DNA from: Squalus acanthias
Lineage: Eukaryota
NCBI GenBank assembly: GCA_030390025.1
Contig: CM059430.1
Coordinates: 11,098,001-11,162,000 of the forward strand
DNA length: 64,000 nucleotides
Direction: 5' to 3'
Shown: piece by piece, positions 1 through 13,400 of the stretch
How the letters are laid out: every line of letters begins with the position of its first letter
How positions within the stretch are numbered: position 1 is the first letter of the stretch
The notes under the pieces: generated by a model
Databases searched by the model: none
Seen by the model: only the letters and a program-made list of their open reading frames with translations
Told to the model about the DNA's origin: nothing
Position numbers and translations under genes: made by a program

Positions 1-2193
1 TAACATGCCCATTGGAGACCAATAATCACTGTCACACCTCACCACCCAATAATGCATCAACCTATGAATTATTTTTAATCTATATTCATAAGTCTAATGC
101 CAGCTAACAGATGCCATTGCTGTACTGTCCATTCACTAACATTTAACCTATAAAATGCAAATCTGTAAACATGTGGATGTCAAACTTTGCGTCCCAGATT
201 TCCCATCAAGTCTCCTCACGTTTTATATTCGCGCTTCCATCTCCCTTTGAGAGCTCCACTGATTACTGAAGAAAAACTGCAGCTAGCACAGTCACCCAGT
301 CGGTTGAACTTTTTCGGCTTGTTATACTTTATTTATGAGCCATGAAATGATTGTTAAATATCAGAGATGCTCTGAATGGTTACCAGGATTTGTGCGGCGG
401 GGTTTAAATCACGTCATTGCGAGTTGTCATTAAAAGAACCCTATTTATGCAAGTTTTCTGCCCTACATATTTGAGCACAGAGTATTCACACACGCCAAAG
501 CTATTTAGTTTCATGTTTAAATTAATTTCCTTCGCAGGCTCTAATAACGTGAAGTCTGTCACGCTCAGAAACTCAGCGGCCGCGTAAATTAATTATTTCC
601 GTTGTATTTAAAAGTTGCAACTAGCCGTCTTATCCGACGTATTTGTTTCTCCACATACTTTCTCATTACAATGTAATTATGCCAGTTGAACTTAATCTGA
701 TCGTGTAGATATAGTATCATGCTTTATATCATTATGCTGCTAGTCACTGTAACATGCACAAGATTTTTATTATTACTTCCACGAAAAAAATGACTTGGGG
801 ATTTAATTTTCCCTATGAATTCCCTTTGATTCACAGAATCTATTCGTGCTTTATCGCGAAATGTGCATCTGCAGTTATCGGTACACAAGCGTTGACTTGG
901 AATCTGCCAGAATAACACAGGAATCGAACTGGTCAAAGTGTTTTTTTTATGGTTGGATTTTGAAAGTTGATCCTAATCTTTACCCTTTAAAAAAAACAAG
1001 TACTTGAGATTTAACGTTGTATATTTGCTATCCGGTCTATTTGTATATTGCTGATCCCTGCTCAGAAATAATTAATATTAAAAAAAAATAACTTTTCAAG
1101 TCTTTCTCGGGAGAGTTACTACCCCCCCCCCCCCCCCTCCTCCACTCTTACTCTGCAGATTCACACAGTTAATCGTGCTTCTGGCGGAGTTGGTCTGGGG
1201 CTGAACTGCACGCTATGAATCCCCAGTAGACGATCTCTGCGGCAGGGAGTCGGCGCTCTGCATTCTGATGTTGTTATTGCCGTCGAATTGGCACCGCAGT
1301 AAACACTGTCCCTGCGGGGATGGCATCGAGATGTTTTCTTTGACCACGTTTTGGAATTTGTTGGAAAAACAAAGGACGGTTTATTCTTTCGGTTTGTTAT
1401 TTATTCCAGCCAGTAGCCAATTAAGTGTGGAGAGAAGGAAGCAACAGCGACTTACTTCCTTAACTTAATGACACTTTTGAAACTCTTCTGCAAGACAGCA
1501 GCTATAACCCAGTCTCTTATCATTTTCCTAATTAATCTTACTGGCGCATAGCCTCCGAATAGTTTATACGCAGAGACAGTTTGTATGAAAAATTCTGTCT
1601 TTTACAGAGCTCGATTTTTGCCGTTTATCAGTGTGATCAAATCAAATTAGATTTCAATCGCCACAGTGTTTATTCAGCTAGTCTGCGAAATCTTTGCGTT
1701 TTAGAATTGCTTTCTATAAAAACTAAATGGCTTTTTTGGAACTACTGCATTAGAAGTTAGACTAATAATTAGTTGAAATCTAATTTAACTCCTTGCTTTT
1801 CATTAAATCGCTTGTACGCCAAGAAGTGAGTTTCTTTTCTTACCCTTTTGATTGTTGGTTAAGATCTTCTGCTTCGAGCTCAAATTACAGCTCGCCGACA
1901 CAAATACAACGCTAAATCGAAAAAAGATTGCTTCTGAAATTATAGATTCTATATCTGGGTTGACCCGTCCCAACCTGGCTGTAGCGCAAATAATCTATTC
2001 TATATCATAATATTGATCCGGTTACAGCATGAAACGTACATTCTTAAAATTCTGATTGAAATTATAAACATAAGATTATCAGCTTATCCTCGTAATAGAA
2101 CTGCTTTTCTGTCGTTTTAATATCGAGTGTCTCCTGCTCTGTAAAGCCTTAATATTTTTGCTAATGTCTAACTGTAATATCATGGTTCTGTAC
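1..2193 (-). other. FOXF1: FOXF1 intron 1 (partial, continues off the left edge)
   Basis: GT donor at 2193-2192. No [22 protein letters not shown]-like exon 2 found by eye in 1-2193. Confidence 0.75.
32..48. promoter_or_regulatory. Abutting T-box half-site (TCACACCT) and GLI-like site (CACCACCCA) in intron 1
   Basis: Perfect AGGTGTGA reverse complement at 32-39; 8/9 match to GACCACCCA at 40-48. Confidence 0.4.
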
Positions 2194-3175
2194 CTTGTAT
2201 ATCGGCAGCGTTGTGGCTATTTTGATGTAAATAGGACTGATCTAGGGAGTGTGCTTGCAGGTTTGAAGTGAGATTCGCCGACGGGTTGCACGGTGATAGG
2301 GGCTGCTGTTTGATGTAAGGAGCCCCGTTGTTGAGCGCGGAGGCCGAAGGTGCCCATGCAGAAGCCGAGGTAGTGTACATGGAGTGCGGCTCCATCACCC
2401 CACCGCCGGTCAGCAAGGGAGACGCGGGCACCGAGCTGTCGGCGTGGTTGGGGTAGTCTCCTACGGAAGATCCTGTACAGCTTCCCATATAGTGACCATT
2501 GTTGGCCGAGAGGTGAGAGACAGAATGTCCTGGTAAACCCATCCCATCAACGTTGCTGGGCAAATGTCCATTCATCATGCTAATGCTACTATCTATAGAA
2601 AGGCCGTTCGGAGCACAGGAGATGGGTCCTCTTGACCCTTGGAAGTTATAGGTCTCTGGGATGTGGTTGAACCCCAATCCGTTCATCATGCTGTACATGG
2701 GCTTAAGGGCTTGGCATTTCCTGCGAAAGCCCCTCGGTCTGCGCCTGAAGGAGCCCTCCTCAAACATGAACTCGCTGGCCGGGTCAATGGTCCAGTAATG
2801 GCCTTTGCCCGGTCTGCCCAGACCCTTGGGCAGTTTGATGAAGCACTCGTTCAAGGAGAGGTTGTGACGCACAGAATTCTTCCAGCCTTGGTAGGAGCCT
2901 CGGAAAAAGGGGAAGCGGCTCTGGAGGAACTGGTAGATTTCGCTGAGGGTCAGCCTCTTGGTGGGAGAGCTCTGGATGGCCATCACAATCAGGGCTATGT
3001 AGGAGTAAGGCGGCTTCTCCGGGCGCCGTATGCCAGCGTTTGTTTTCTTAGTTTTGGTAGTGGAGGTGGCTGATTCCATCACAGAGGTCTGATTGTTGGC
3101 TTTCTCTGTGCCTGTAGACATCGGGCTGGTCTGGGCCGTGCTGTGAGCCGCCGGCTGCTGAATCTCGGCCGTCAT
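2194..3175 (-). CDS. FOXF1: Forkhead box F1, coding exon 1 (327 codons + 1 nt, phase-1 intron follows); exon 2 not in window
   Basis: ORF has [70 protein letters not shown]...[28 protein letters not shown], which is FOXF1-type rather than FOXF2. In-frame TAA directly precedes the ATG. Donor CAAG|GTACAG at 2194/2193 sits at the conserved 'Q-G' junction. Confidence 0.95.
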
Positions 3176-3700
3176 TTAGGAACAATTCTCACCAAGCAAG
3201 TCACTTTAAACCGGCCGTAAAAGTCCTTTGATTCAACTTCGCCGTATCCTTCAATATTTCCAAAACTTCAAGCTATTTTAAAAAATAAAACTTTTTGTGC
3301 TAAAACGAATCCAAAAAAAAAAGTAAAGCGATCAATGCAGTTGTGAAACGCGCTGAGGAGGGAGCCCTTGCTCGGCGCAGTTATCTCTTCAGCTCTGCTG
3401 CTTTTTGCACAGGTCGGCTGGACAGGGAGTAGCTTTTCATCGCAGTTGTTCTGGGATCTGCCACGCCAAAGGGATCGCGTTTACTTTATCTCTTGTCATC
3501 AGCGTCTCGAACCTCTCGACTGTCAGACGTAAGGAACAAGGAACTCCCCGCCCCGACCCCCCTCCCACCTCGGTCAGGACTGGTGGGCCGTGAATGGGCT
3601 TCAACACCCGCCTTCATTTGCGATTTGATGTGGTATCTGTCTTTCTTTACACGTAGTTCAAACCAGCTTTTATTGAGGGGGGTGGGGGGGAATCACTATA
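3176..3700 (-). promoter_or_regulatory. FOXF1 5' UTR / proximal promoter (CpG-rich, GC box, TATA-like)
   Basis: CCCCGCCCCGACCCC (~3546-3560), another GC-box-like motif at ~3607, AATAAAAG on minus at ~3667-3674. TSS not determinable. Confidence 0.55.
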
Positions 3701-3724
3701 TATATATATATACACACACACACA
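3698..3724. repeat. (TA)n(CA)n microsatellite
   Basis: tatatatatatatacacacacacaca. Confidence 0.85.
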
Positions 3725-4132
3725 TGAATATTAATTAAATTCATTTAATTCATAAAAAAACCAAACCTTGAATAAAAGTAAACTGCAAGCCCTGATAAAG
3801 GCTTCAAACTAATAACAGCAGAAATTATTACAAAAGTTGTTATTTTGTTTAACAGAAAAAAAGTCAATATAATTTTAACAAAAAAGTATTCCCGTGAGGA
3901 AAGTGGATTCTAGAGGTGGTAAAATGAAGTAAAGCTACAGAATAGACGGTCTAACAAGTTTTTTTTATTCTTTAAAAAAGAGATTAAATCTGATAATCGT
4001 ATAAAATGTTTATTGTACTTTAAGAACCAGTTTATCATTTTTTTGAGAAATCGGTGAGAATAAATTGGTGTTGGATTTTCTAGTATTTAAAATGTGATTC
4101 AGATACACACCCAGTCCCTTTTTGAAAACTGA

Positions 4133-4187
4133 TGTTTAATAGACAGGAACATGTACAGGATGTTTATACAAAAACAATGTAAACATC
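4133..4187. promoter_or_regulatory. Cluster of forkhead sites including an inverted pair
   Basis: TGTTTAA 4133, TGTTTAT 4161, GTAAACA 4179; GATGTTTA...TAAACATC forms an inverted repeat. Confidence 0.4.
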
Positions 4188-4406
4188 TGCGATCTGCTCC
4201 TTTAAAGAAAATTCAGTGAAATCCCGTCTAATACTGTTTCTTTTCCTGTTACTTATAAAATGCTCTTTGTAGCCTCACGCCTGACTGTTTAGATATTCTC
4301 TTTATATATGTGTGTATATATATATATAAATAAGTCAGTAGAAGCTGAGTTGTGCCCATTTTCTGGCCCGCAGAGTTTGCCACACGCACACACATTCTGT
4401 CACAGC

Positions 4407-4426
4407 GAGAGAGAGAGAGAGAGAGA
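4407..4426. repeat. (GA)n microsatellite
   Basis: gagagagagagagagagaga. Confidence 0.85.
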
Positions 4427-6879
4427 AAAGCAGCGACACGAACGAGCAGCCTCGGCGCCTGGCATTGTTAGCAATAACGTGTCGCATCCCCACAAACACT
4501 AACCAAGGTAAGGGACATCACAAATATCTCTGCACTTCTTTCATGTGAAGTCGAAGCTTTTTACACGATTAGAAGCCAAGTGTGAGAAACCCGTGCTTTG
4601 ATTCGTGATTTAGAAAGTGCCATTCTTGCTGTTAGTTGCAGTCCTTTATAAAGATGAACTACAAAAGCAAATGCATGCGACAAGCCGAGACGGCGCCTGC
4701 AAACCCTGATATTTTTTTCTCTCTCTGGTAAGCTTGTTAATATAACGTCGAATTTCCAATAAGGCTGGGATTGCGTTGCAGAAGGTCGGTTTAAAGTCAT
4801 TTAATGCAGATAAAATTGTAATCTAAATTCCCATCGGGATTTACATTTTTTTTACATATGAAATTGTGGCGAAAATTAAGATCTTGGAGGGAATTTGTAT
4901 CTAATTTCCCCCTGGGAGTTAACTCCAAATTAAAACATGTTTCATTTGAGAGATTCTGTAATTGGTTTGGTTTGTCTCTGCAGTGAAAGTAGGGTTGACT
5001 CAGTGTAAGCGACTTAATATTAACGCACTAAATACACTTTTGAAAACAGTAAGACCGTTAAGGCCCCGCCGAACGACTTGTAATAGCAATTTTTCCAAAA
5101 AATATAATACATTCCTCATTAATACATTCAGAGTTCTAGGACCCTTTCTACAGCTGTGAGTTTTGGTGTCTCCATTAAACATAATAAAACCACAATATTT
5201 ACAAAAAAAAAGACACGATTAAAAAGGCCACATCCCTAATGCAGCCTGGTTACAGAGCGCTAGTTTTTTTTTAAAGCGCTAGAAATCAATAATGTACTGC
5301 ATCTTATAAACTTACGCGATAGAGAGTGCATCTTGCTTTTGGGAAAAATAATTTTGCTAAATGCAAAAGGAAAGTAAAACGTTTAAAAATAAAACTTTAA
5401 GCACATAACAGATTAACAATTCTGCTAGACATTTGCGAAAAAGACTCGGTGCAATAAAACTCGAACACCAACAAATGTATTTGTTTTTAAACCCAATGGC
5501 GAGAACGATAAAGGCGAAACAAACCTTGCTGGACTCCTCTTTAAACCTGGATGAGGAAAGAGCTCAGAAGCCGAGTGATGTGCTTCCAATGGATAAGACA
5601 AATTAGAAAGTTATAAATACAGGGTGTATTCAAGTGACATATTTGCCTAAACAATTTACAGATTCTTTTGTTAATACTTAAGGTAGATTGTTGAATGGGA
5701 TTTTGTTAAGATGTCTTTCGATCTATTACAGTTTCAGGATTTAATTTCCTTGTTTTGATAGAACGTACGCCCGCGCCTTTTTATAATAATATTATACCCA
5801 TCTCTTTAATTACTTTACTTTGATGATATTCACAAGTCTTATCCACCTGCACGCAGGCACAGTACACATTAGGAGAACTGTTAGAAATGATATTTCCCCC
5901 CCCCCCCCCAGTAAATAAGGAATAGATCCAGACCAGCAAAACAATCATAGGATTGTATTGCACTCACGAATGTTAAAATATATTCCAATTCCATACATAT
6001 GATTCTAATAATTTAAAATATAAATTGAAAATATAATACGATGATGTGCTTTAAGTAAATTAATTGCTATAGAAAGATTTAGTCTTTGTGAATTGATGAA
6101 TAAAAGGACCACGCTGTAATGAACAGTTACATTTTGTTATTACTTACATGGGGGTAAACGATTTAGAAATGGTGTTGCCCTATCGTCATGCGTTAAAAAC
6201 ACGACTTTCTGTGATGGACATAATATATATTCATGTGAAGTAGTGTAGTGGGTATAACTTTTCTGAATTCAGTACAAAGCACGGATTGGATAAATAAAAT
6301 CAATTTCTTTACAATCTATCTGTGGAGAAAGAAAATAACAGCTGTGACCACAGTTGATGGAGTGAACTCGATGAGCACAATCAGGTTTTAAAGGCATTTA
6401 GGTGAACTGATTCTGTGACATTTTCTGATGCCCGTACCACAAAGGAACTATTAAAACTAGAATGCTTATTAATTATAAATCAAAATGATTTTTAACAAAT
6501 TTCCAGGTGGAAATTACTGATGGTTGATTTAATATTGACGGTAATACTATGTTTACCGAATTTAAACAACTTTACGTCTACATTTTTAACATCATCCGTT
6601 ATAAAATCACCTCTTTTGGAACACCAGTGTTTTACATTTCCCATCCCACTCTCCTGGGGCAGCTTGACCCCCCCTATTAAAAAGCAGTTTCCGTTTAAGA
6701 TCAGATTCGGCAGTGTTGATTGTATGTGAGGCACAAATAAAATTAATAAGAGGGGAATTATGCTCCACGTCGACCCAGGTTTTGGTTAAGTTATTGTAAA
6801 CAGGCTGCGCAATCAGTGACCCTGTTAGCCAGGGCCAGGCATTTATCAGCGCTCAGGGCTGAGGTAGAGAGCGAGCTCA

Positions 6880-6888
6880 GACCACCCA
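6880..6888 (+). promoter_or_regulatory. Perfect GLI consensus site in a GC-rich candidate enhancer (~6720-7260)
   Basis: GACCACCCA exact match; GTAAACA forkhead site at ~6796. FOXF1 is an established Hedgehog/GLI target. Confidence 0.55.
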
Positions 6889-9800
6889 CCGCTCCAGTTA
6901 AGGCACGCGTGCGCCCCGTTCCATTCCCTGCTTTTCATTAACACCAGCGGCTCCCCCCAAGATCACCTTCGACAGGGGATTTTTTTTTAAACTATAAAAC
7001 CCTCTCTGCATAAAACTTCAGGGTAGCCATGGAAATTGATCCCTAAACGTTTATGCAAGGCGAGGGAGGGGAGTGGGGGGTGGGGGGTGGTAGTGACAGG
7101 AGTAATTCCATCAACTGTTAAAAGTGTTTTTTGCCCCCAAGGTGGTGACAGAATAATGTAGTGTCTTCTTAATGGACGCACAGGGACGGTCCGTGAACGT
7201 TAAAAAAAACTTGCATAAAACGCGACCCAGTATTTGGAGACCAGTTGCCCCCCGCGTTAGCGATATGTATTGAACGGCTGGTTAGCAATTGTGTTGTCTT
7301 TGTCTGTCTTATCTATCTCTATATCCAGCTGACATGCGCGAAGCCATGAGTAATATGGAAAGGAAAGGGGCACATCAAGTAATAGAACAAAGCATGGTCC
7401 CGTGATTATTGTCCCTCAATAAAATATCGACTCACAAAAGAGTTCGTATTAAAGAATGTCAATATTGTGATGTAAAGAGCTGTATATGATTCTGTGGTAA
7501 AAGGTACACGATAAAAAAAATCAGTAAAGCTATTTTCCTGGGTGCTTTATTGTGCATTACGTTTAGCAGTAGTTTATTTTAGTTATATATAATCTATACA
7601 GGGACAACGCCGGCAGACTGACCAGAGGAATTCCTACACTGGCTTGCTGGCCCATCTTAACTGGACTTTATTAGATGAGGGAGATTAGGGTGCGCATGAC
7701 GCGGAGGAAATGCTCTTTCAGTTGAACTATGTTTTCTGTTGCTCAAGGGATGTGTTGACAGGGGAGAAAGCGTACTGACGTGTTAATATAATTTAAGTTT
7801 ATGTAACCACATAATAGATCGACTCTTGTCCACTGGATTTTAAATATTAAATGCGCTTGGCATGGCAGGAAGAAAGATGGCATATCCTGGGGGAAGGTGC
7901 TGAGATCTCTGTTTTACAGTCACGTATAATCCAAATTGATCAGGGGCACCACGTCTGGAGTGATTTTATGCAAAGTAGAAGACGCACACCTATAGTCATT
8001 TAAATGCGATGGAGATTAAAAACAAAGCGGGTTGAAATGAATGGGGTGCAAATAAATTGAGTGGGCGATAGGTGACATTGTTACTTTGCCTTATTGTAAT
8101 AACCGCCGTCTCATCATATACCCGGTAGCTGCACTAGAGCAAGATGCTGAACGTCGGTTTCTTCTGAATGGTAATTTGCTCCTTTGTCCCCATTTTATGA
8201 CTTGGACGGAAATCGTGGACAGGCCAAATCCCCACAGTCTTCATCCTGACTTTCTGAGAGATCGTTAACATTTTTTACAATCACTTAGTAAGAAAAGCGC
8301 GGGTGCAATTTTCAACGTAAATACTTTAATTTTATTGAAGAGGTGAATCTTTTTGCTCAGAAGATGCAAATTACTTTTGTGGCGTCCCCCGCTCGACCCA
8401 TCCCGGCTGGCTCTTCAACTGAAGGCACAGATTTTTCCATGACGTTATTCCATGAAATATGTGACAACACTGTAAGTCGAGGGAATTTACAGCCTCTTTC
8501 TGATGTCTTTTTTAGTACTTGCATCGCTAGTATTAAACAAAAAGCACAATTCCAGTCTGCTTTAAAGCAAACAATGGCACGTCAGTCAACAGACATAAAT
8601 ATGTAATTATTTTCAGTTTCCTCTATCAGAAATCCAAACTGTGAGAAGGGAAGGCGGTTTGTGACAAAATCATCCACTAACCGCTCTTGCCACCCTGTGA
8701 GCAGTTTGCGTGTTGACACCCTTGAAGTAATGAACTACAGGAACATGGTGCAAGTGCATATATGTTACAATAATGTAAATGAATGACCGTGATTCTGAGA
8801 CATGCCCAGCCCCTTTGTACCTTTTACCTGCTCTAAGATACTGCGGTTCTTGAATGGAAGTTTCAACGGGTTTCATGTGTGTGTGTGTATCATTGTTCGT
8901 TGCTTTCCATTACCCTTTCCCGTTGTTTATTGCGCTCATGGGTTTATGAATGATCCGTCTGCCTCGTATATTAATTGGAATTACACAGGCCAATGATTGG
9001 TAATTGCCAACCTGGGATGAAATTGACCTGCAACTGCACACTGTCGGGAGCAGGATATTTGCATGTATCGCAGCGTACAGTTTATAAATAACAAAATCAA
9101 AACTTAAGATTTCTGAATGTAATTCGGTAAAATAAGATTTATGTTAATGGGAAAATGTTTTCACAGATCCTCCGAGACAAAAGACGAGCTTTTCTATCTA
9201 GGCTGGTGCAGGTGGGGTAAGATTCCCCTGGACATATTCTGCCAAGTATTTTGTTGTTACCGCCGCTATCTTTTTAATTATACTTTATTAATTATCTTTT
9301 TAATTAGGAAGATAATATCGGTTTTATTCAATTAGAGCTGCGCATTACGAAATATCACAAGAATCCAAATTTTGTATCCCCATATACCAAAACTTATGAT
9401 TGCACGAGGGGTTCTTAATAAAAATCACACAGGAACAGACTATTCTTTCCCTAGGTTTTGACTAATGAAATAAATATTAATTACGCATCTGATATTTTGA
9501 CTTTTACAGCGACTACATTCACTATGAACTCGTCTTTGCAATAAAATAGGTCACTTTTACTAAACATTCTGCATTAAGCAAATTATCTCGATCTCTAATG
9601 TTCTGCTGTACAATCCAACTCTTCAGGAGGAGTTCCAGCTCCATTTAAATTCAAGACAATTGTATTTCTCGTACTTCACATAAATAGATTGTGAAACGAG
9701 CAGATTTGGTGTATTGAAGAGCAGTGATGAACACGTTTAACGGACATGGACTCATACTTTGCAGAGTGAGTGTCTAATATGCAATGGTTGTGGGATAACA

Positions 9801-9957
9801 ATATTAACGTGTTTTAATAAACAGAATCAGTGACTGCCGTAATTCTTACCAATATAGGAATTTAACCCAACAAACCCTTTCCTAAGCCCGCATCCCCAAA
9901 CAACCTGTATTAACTTTTCGTGAAACGTCCCAATGCGCTTCACTGGAGCGTAATCAG

Positions 9958-10427
9958 ACATCTTTCGTTTAGGCACGCTACAGCCCTCTGGACTCAATAT
10001 CGAGTTCAACAATTTTAGATCATAACCTCAGCTCCAATCACATTTATATTTTATTTTTTCCACCCTTTTATTTGTTCCCCCCCCCCACCTTTTTTTTCCT
10101 CCTAGAAGCTGGCAGCTGTCCTTCATTCTGCCAGTGGATTTCACATTTCATTCAGCCTTAATCTGTCACATTAACATCACCTCTAGCCTTGCATATCTCT
10201 TAATGTCTCTTCATCTCCCCCTTTGTTCCTTTATCCCCTCCCCCTTTTCCCAGCTTTACCCTGGCCTTAAATCTATTTGATTTCCAGCTCTTCCCAGTTC
10301 TGATGAAAGGTCATCGACCTGAAACGTTAACTCTCTTTCTCTCTCCACGGATGCTGCCTGGCCTGCTGAGTTTTTCCAGCGTTTTCTGTTGTTATTTCGG
10401 ATTTCCAGCATCCGCAGTATTTTGCTA
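9958..10427 (+). mobile_element. Penelope-like element, 5'-truncated 3' end (GIY-YIG C-terminus + terminal region with hammerhead)
   Basis: 9960-10025 translates IFRLGTLQPSGLNIEFNNFRS*, typical of the PLE GIY-YIG C-terminus. A pyrimidine-rich tract and a tail shared with the 22.2, 23, 33.8 and 62.4 kb copies follow. Confidence 0.75.
10295..10334 (+). ncRNA. Minimal type-I hammerhead ribozyme motif
   Basis: AGTT-CTGATGA-A-AGGTC(ATC)GACCT-GAAA-CGTT-AACT: core boxes, 5-bp stem II, palindromic ACGT stem III, AGTT/AACT stem I. Confidence 0.7.
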
Positions 10428-13400
10428 TCAAAAAAATTAAGTTAATTGTTTGCACGTAATACTCCACAGGGTTTAATGTTCCCCCCCATTAAATACAGTT
10501 AAACCCATCTGCAGATCCGATATAAGCACATTTCGGATATAAGCATCTCGATAGCGAGTCCCAATTTAGCCCTGAATTGCAAAAAACTGGTATAGCTGTC
10601 ACTTGTCTTATAAGCAGGCTCGATCAGAATCAGCTTTAATGTTTACCCCAACCGTATACACAGAAGAAACGAAATGGCAATATAATTTTTGACCCTCTTA
10701 TGAATCAGTGGCCACTCATATTTCACGTTTATCGAAACCAGTTTAAGCAAGTATAAAAAATGCTGTATCTCGGTTCATTTTTCAAACTGCCACTTTTATC
10801 AGCTCCGGCGAATTCGAGATAAATGGATTCCAGATCTCCTTCTCTTCGATTGATTTTTTTAGGAGATGCAGCAGGAAAATCACCAGCTGGTCCATTTAAA
10901 AGTTTATGCAATCGGTAAAATGGTGATGCTACAGCTTTAAATGTTGAGTGCATTGTTTAAGTGAGCATGCCTATGGGGGATGGGCATTGCAATTCCACCG
11001 AGCAGCACTAGAGGTCTCACTTCGAGGTTCTTATTGGTTGAAAGGTGCACTGAACAGGGTACTGACATAGCCGACTTGACTTTAAGTAAACACATATGAT
11101 AAGGGACTATCACTGTTAAGTGAATATAATTAGAAACAAATGCATATCTACAGCTATTTCAATGGTGCTGGTTTAGCGAATTTTTGGCCAGATCAAACCT
11201 CAGTCAGTTTCCATGTCTCTTCATGGCGATACCCGCAAAATAATGGCAATGTGAACAAATTAAGGAGGGCAACATGTTTTCGTGCAAATGATCATACAGC
11301 AGAGAAAAGATAAATCTGGAGTAAAATAGAATACAGTCATACCCAATATACACTAGTTAAACATTCCCTCAGATACCGGGAGCAAAAGATATTTTTTTAA
11401 AAAGAATGTGTTAGAACTTTGAAAGAGAAAATGGTGTAAATGCACAGCAGGCCGGTCAGCGTCTGAAATAGAATGAAAGGTTGGTTGGGGTCTGCCCTTC
11501 ACCAGAATGGGTTAGACTCTGGGTTGGGAGGCAGTGAAGTGCATGTGTTATCATTACCGTGAAAATGGGATATATGAGATATGCATCTGAAAAACAATTG
11601 GTAAGAACATAAAGACACATCCAATAATAGAAGTAACGGGATAGGGAATTCCGAGATCTACACAACATAACTATTTTCTTTCTTGCACAATAGTAACAAT
11701 TTAATAAACCCCCTATACTAAACGTACCCGTAAATATAATCCAATCTAGTATGATGGAAATTGAATTGTACAGGCTCACGTTGAGACAGTTTCGAGGTTA
11801 TCTGAATAGTAATATGTAAGTAGTGAATTTTCTTTGCAGTTGAATTAGAACAAAGAATTACACATTCTTTGCAGTTTCTAGATTGTGTGTTTCAGCTTTG
11901 GAAATACTTTTTAACAATGGTTCTTGCTATAAAAACAACGCTCCTCGGGATCCAACAAGAAAGCTCTTGTCAAATGCAGTGTGCCCAAAACCCATCTGTG
12001 CAAATTTAATATAAGCACATTCCTGGCAATGGTTTAATACATGCTGGTCGTTCCAACTTTGCAATTGTGTTCCTAACATAGCCAGTGATGAGTGTAGTCA
12101 ATGTTGTTAGATGCAAGTTTTGTACAACGTCTCTGTGTCTCTCCCGACTTGCCACATAAACCAGGATTATACTGGTTGAAATTCGTTTTTTCTCCAGTAC
12201 GGGGAAATGGCAGATGAGAAGCGCATCTAAGAAAGATAACGTGGGTTGGTGTAAGAACCGAACAAAGGCTCTCTGATGTTAATGATCAGATCTACTGGAA
12301 CAAATACTTCTTGGAGTCAAAGATTAAAAAAGATAGACGGTTTATAATGATGTAAGATTAACTGCCAAGTTTAATATTCTGATATCTAAATACAGTACTG
12401 TCCATCTAGAGTGAATGACATGTTCGGATCATTAATTGCTCTCGACTGGCCCTGTAGCACCGAAAGAACAAAAGCAAAGTGAGTTCAGTTTTTAGATATG
12501 AAACGACTGGGAAAAGTTATTGAGACTTGGGCACCCACAATAGAGACAAAATAGTCATTAGGTATATCCGTCATTCGGGTTCAACTTTCTTTAATTTCGT
12601 TAAATTATATTAGAACAGGTCTTAAGAATTTTAGATTTAAAAATAGTTTTGTTTTTATGAAAGCAATTCGCTTAGGATTTCATGATTCAATTAATCACAT
12701 TATAATTTAGCACATTTCCTTCATCCTCTGGAAAACTCTGACTTGTGTTTTGTGCAAAGACTTTAGCAATAATGATATCTCTAAGGTATCATTTACTAAT
12801 CGAAGGAAAATGCGCACTTTCTACCCAAATGAGCCAGTTTAAAGTAACATGGAACAGCCCGGGGGTGCCAGCATACACGTGTCGCTCAAACGCCGCTCAA
12901 AGGCAGTAAAGGCACACTCGCTGAGATTTGCTAAATAATTGAACACTTTCAAATTAGGTAAACATTTGATAAAAAAAACAAGCTCTGATCTCAAGTACCT
13001 AACCGGTGATTAGACGGATTTTACAAGGTTCCATTTTACTTGTTTTGAGATTATATACAATGCAAATCACACCCATTTTCGTTGACATGCTGTACACAAG
13101 AAAAGGTAAATTGCTGTTAAATGAATACAGGATTATATTTAGCACGAATTGGCAGTACTGGAGACTAAAGGCAACCTCTACTGTATGTTGTTTGATAGTC
13201 AAATAACGAAAAATGAAAGCGGTGTGCTATCATCCTATGCTGTTTTTCAAGTTAGGAAGTGTTCACTTTATCATATATAAACATTATTGCCTTTTGTCTC
13301 ATCTGCTACAGCGTAATATATTGTTATTTGCATTTTTATTAATCCAGGATTGCTATTCTAACCAAATAAAACTAAACTGGCAATATTTGGTTATTCATGA

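Noticed and set aside
2180-2193. ORF end GTEP* as the true FOXF1 C-terminus
   Set aside because: Read-through into the intron; a donor sits at the conserved exon junction.
2639-3073. 144-aa antisense ORF
   Set aside because: Shadow of the GC-rich forkhead coding strand, with no recognisable domain.
10490-10620. Repeated TATAAGCA after TA-CAGTTAAACCC, possible Tigger/pogo remnant
   Set aside because: No matching right TIR found.
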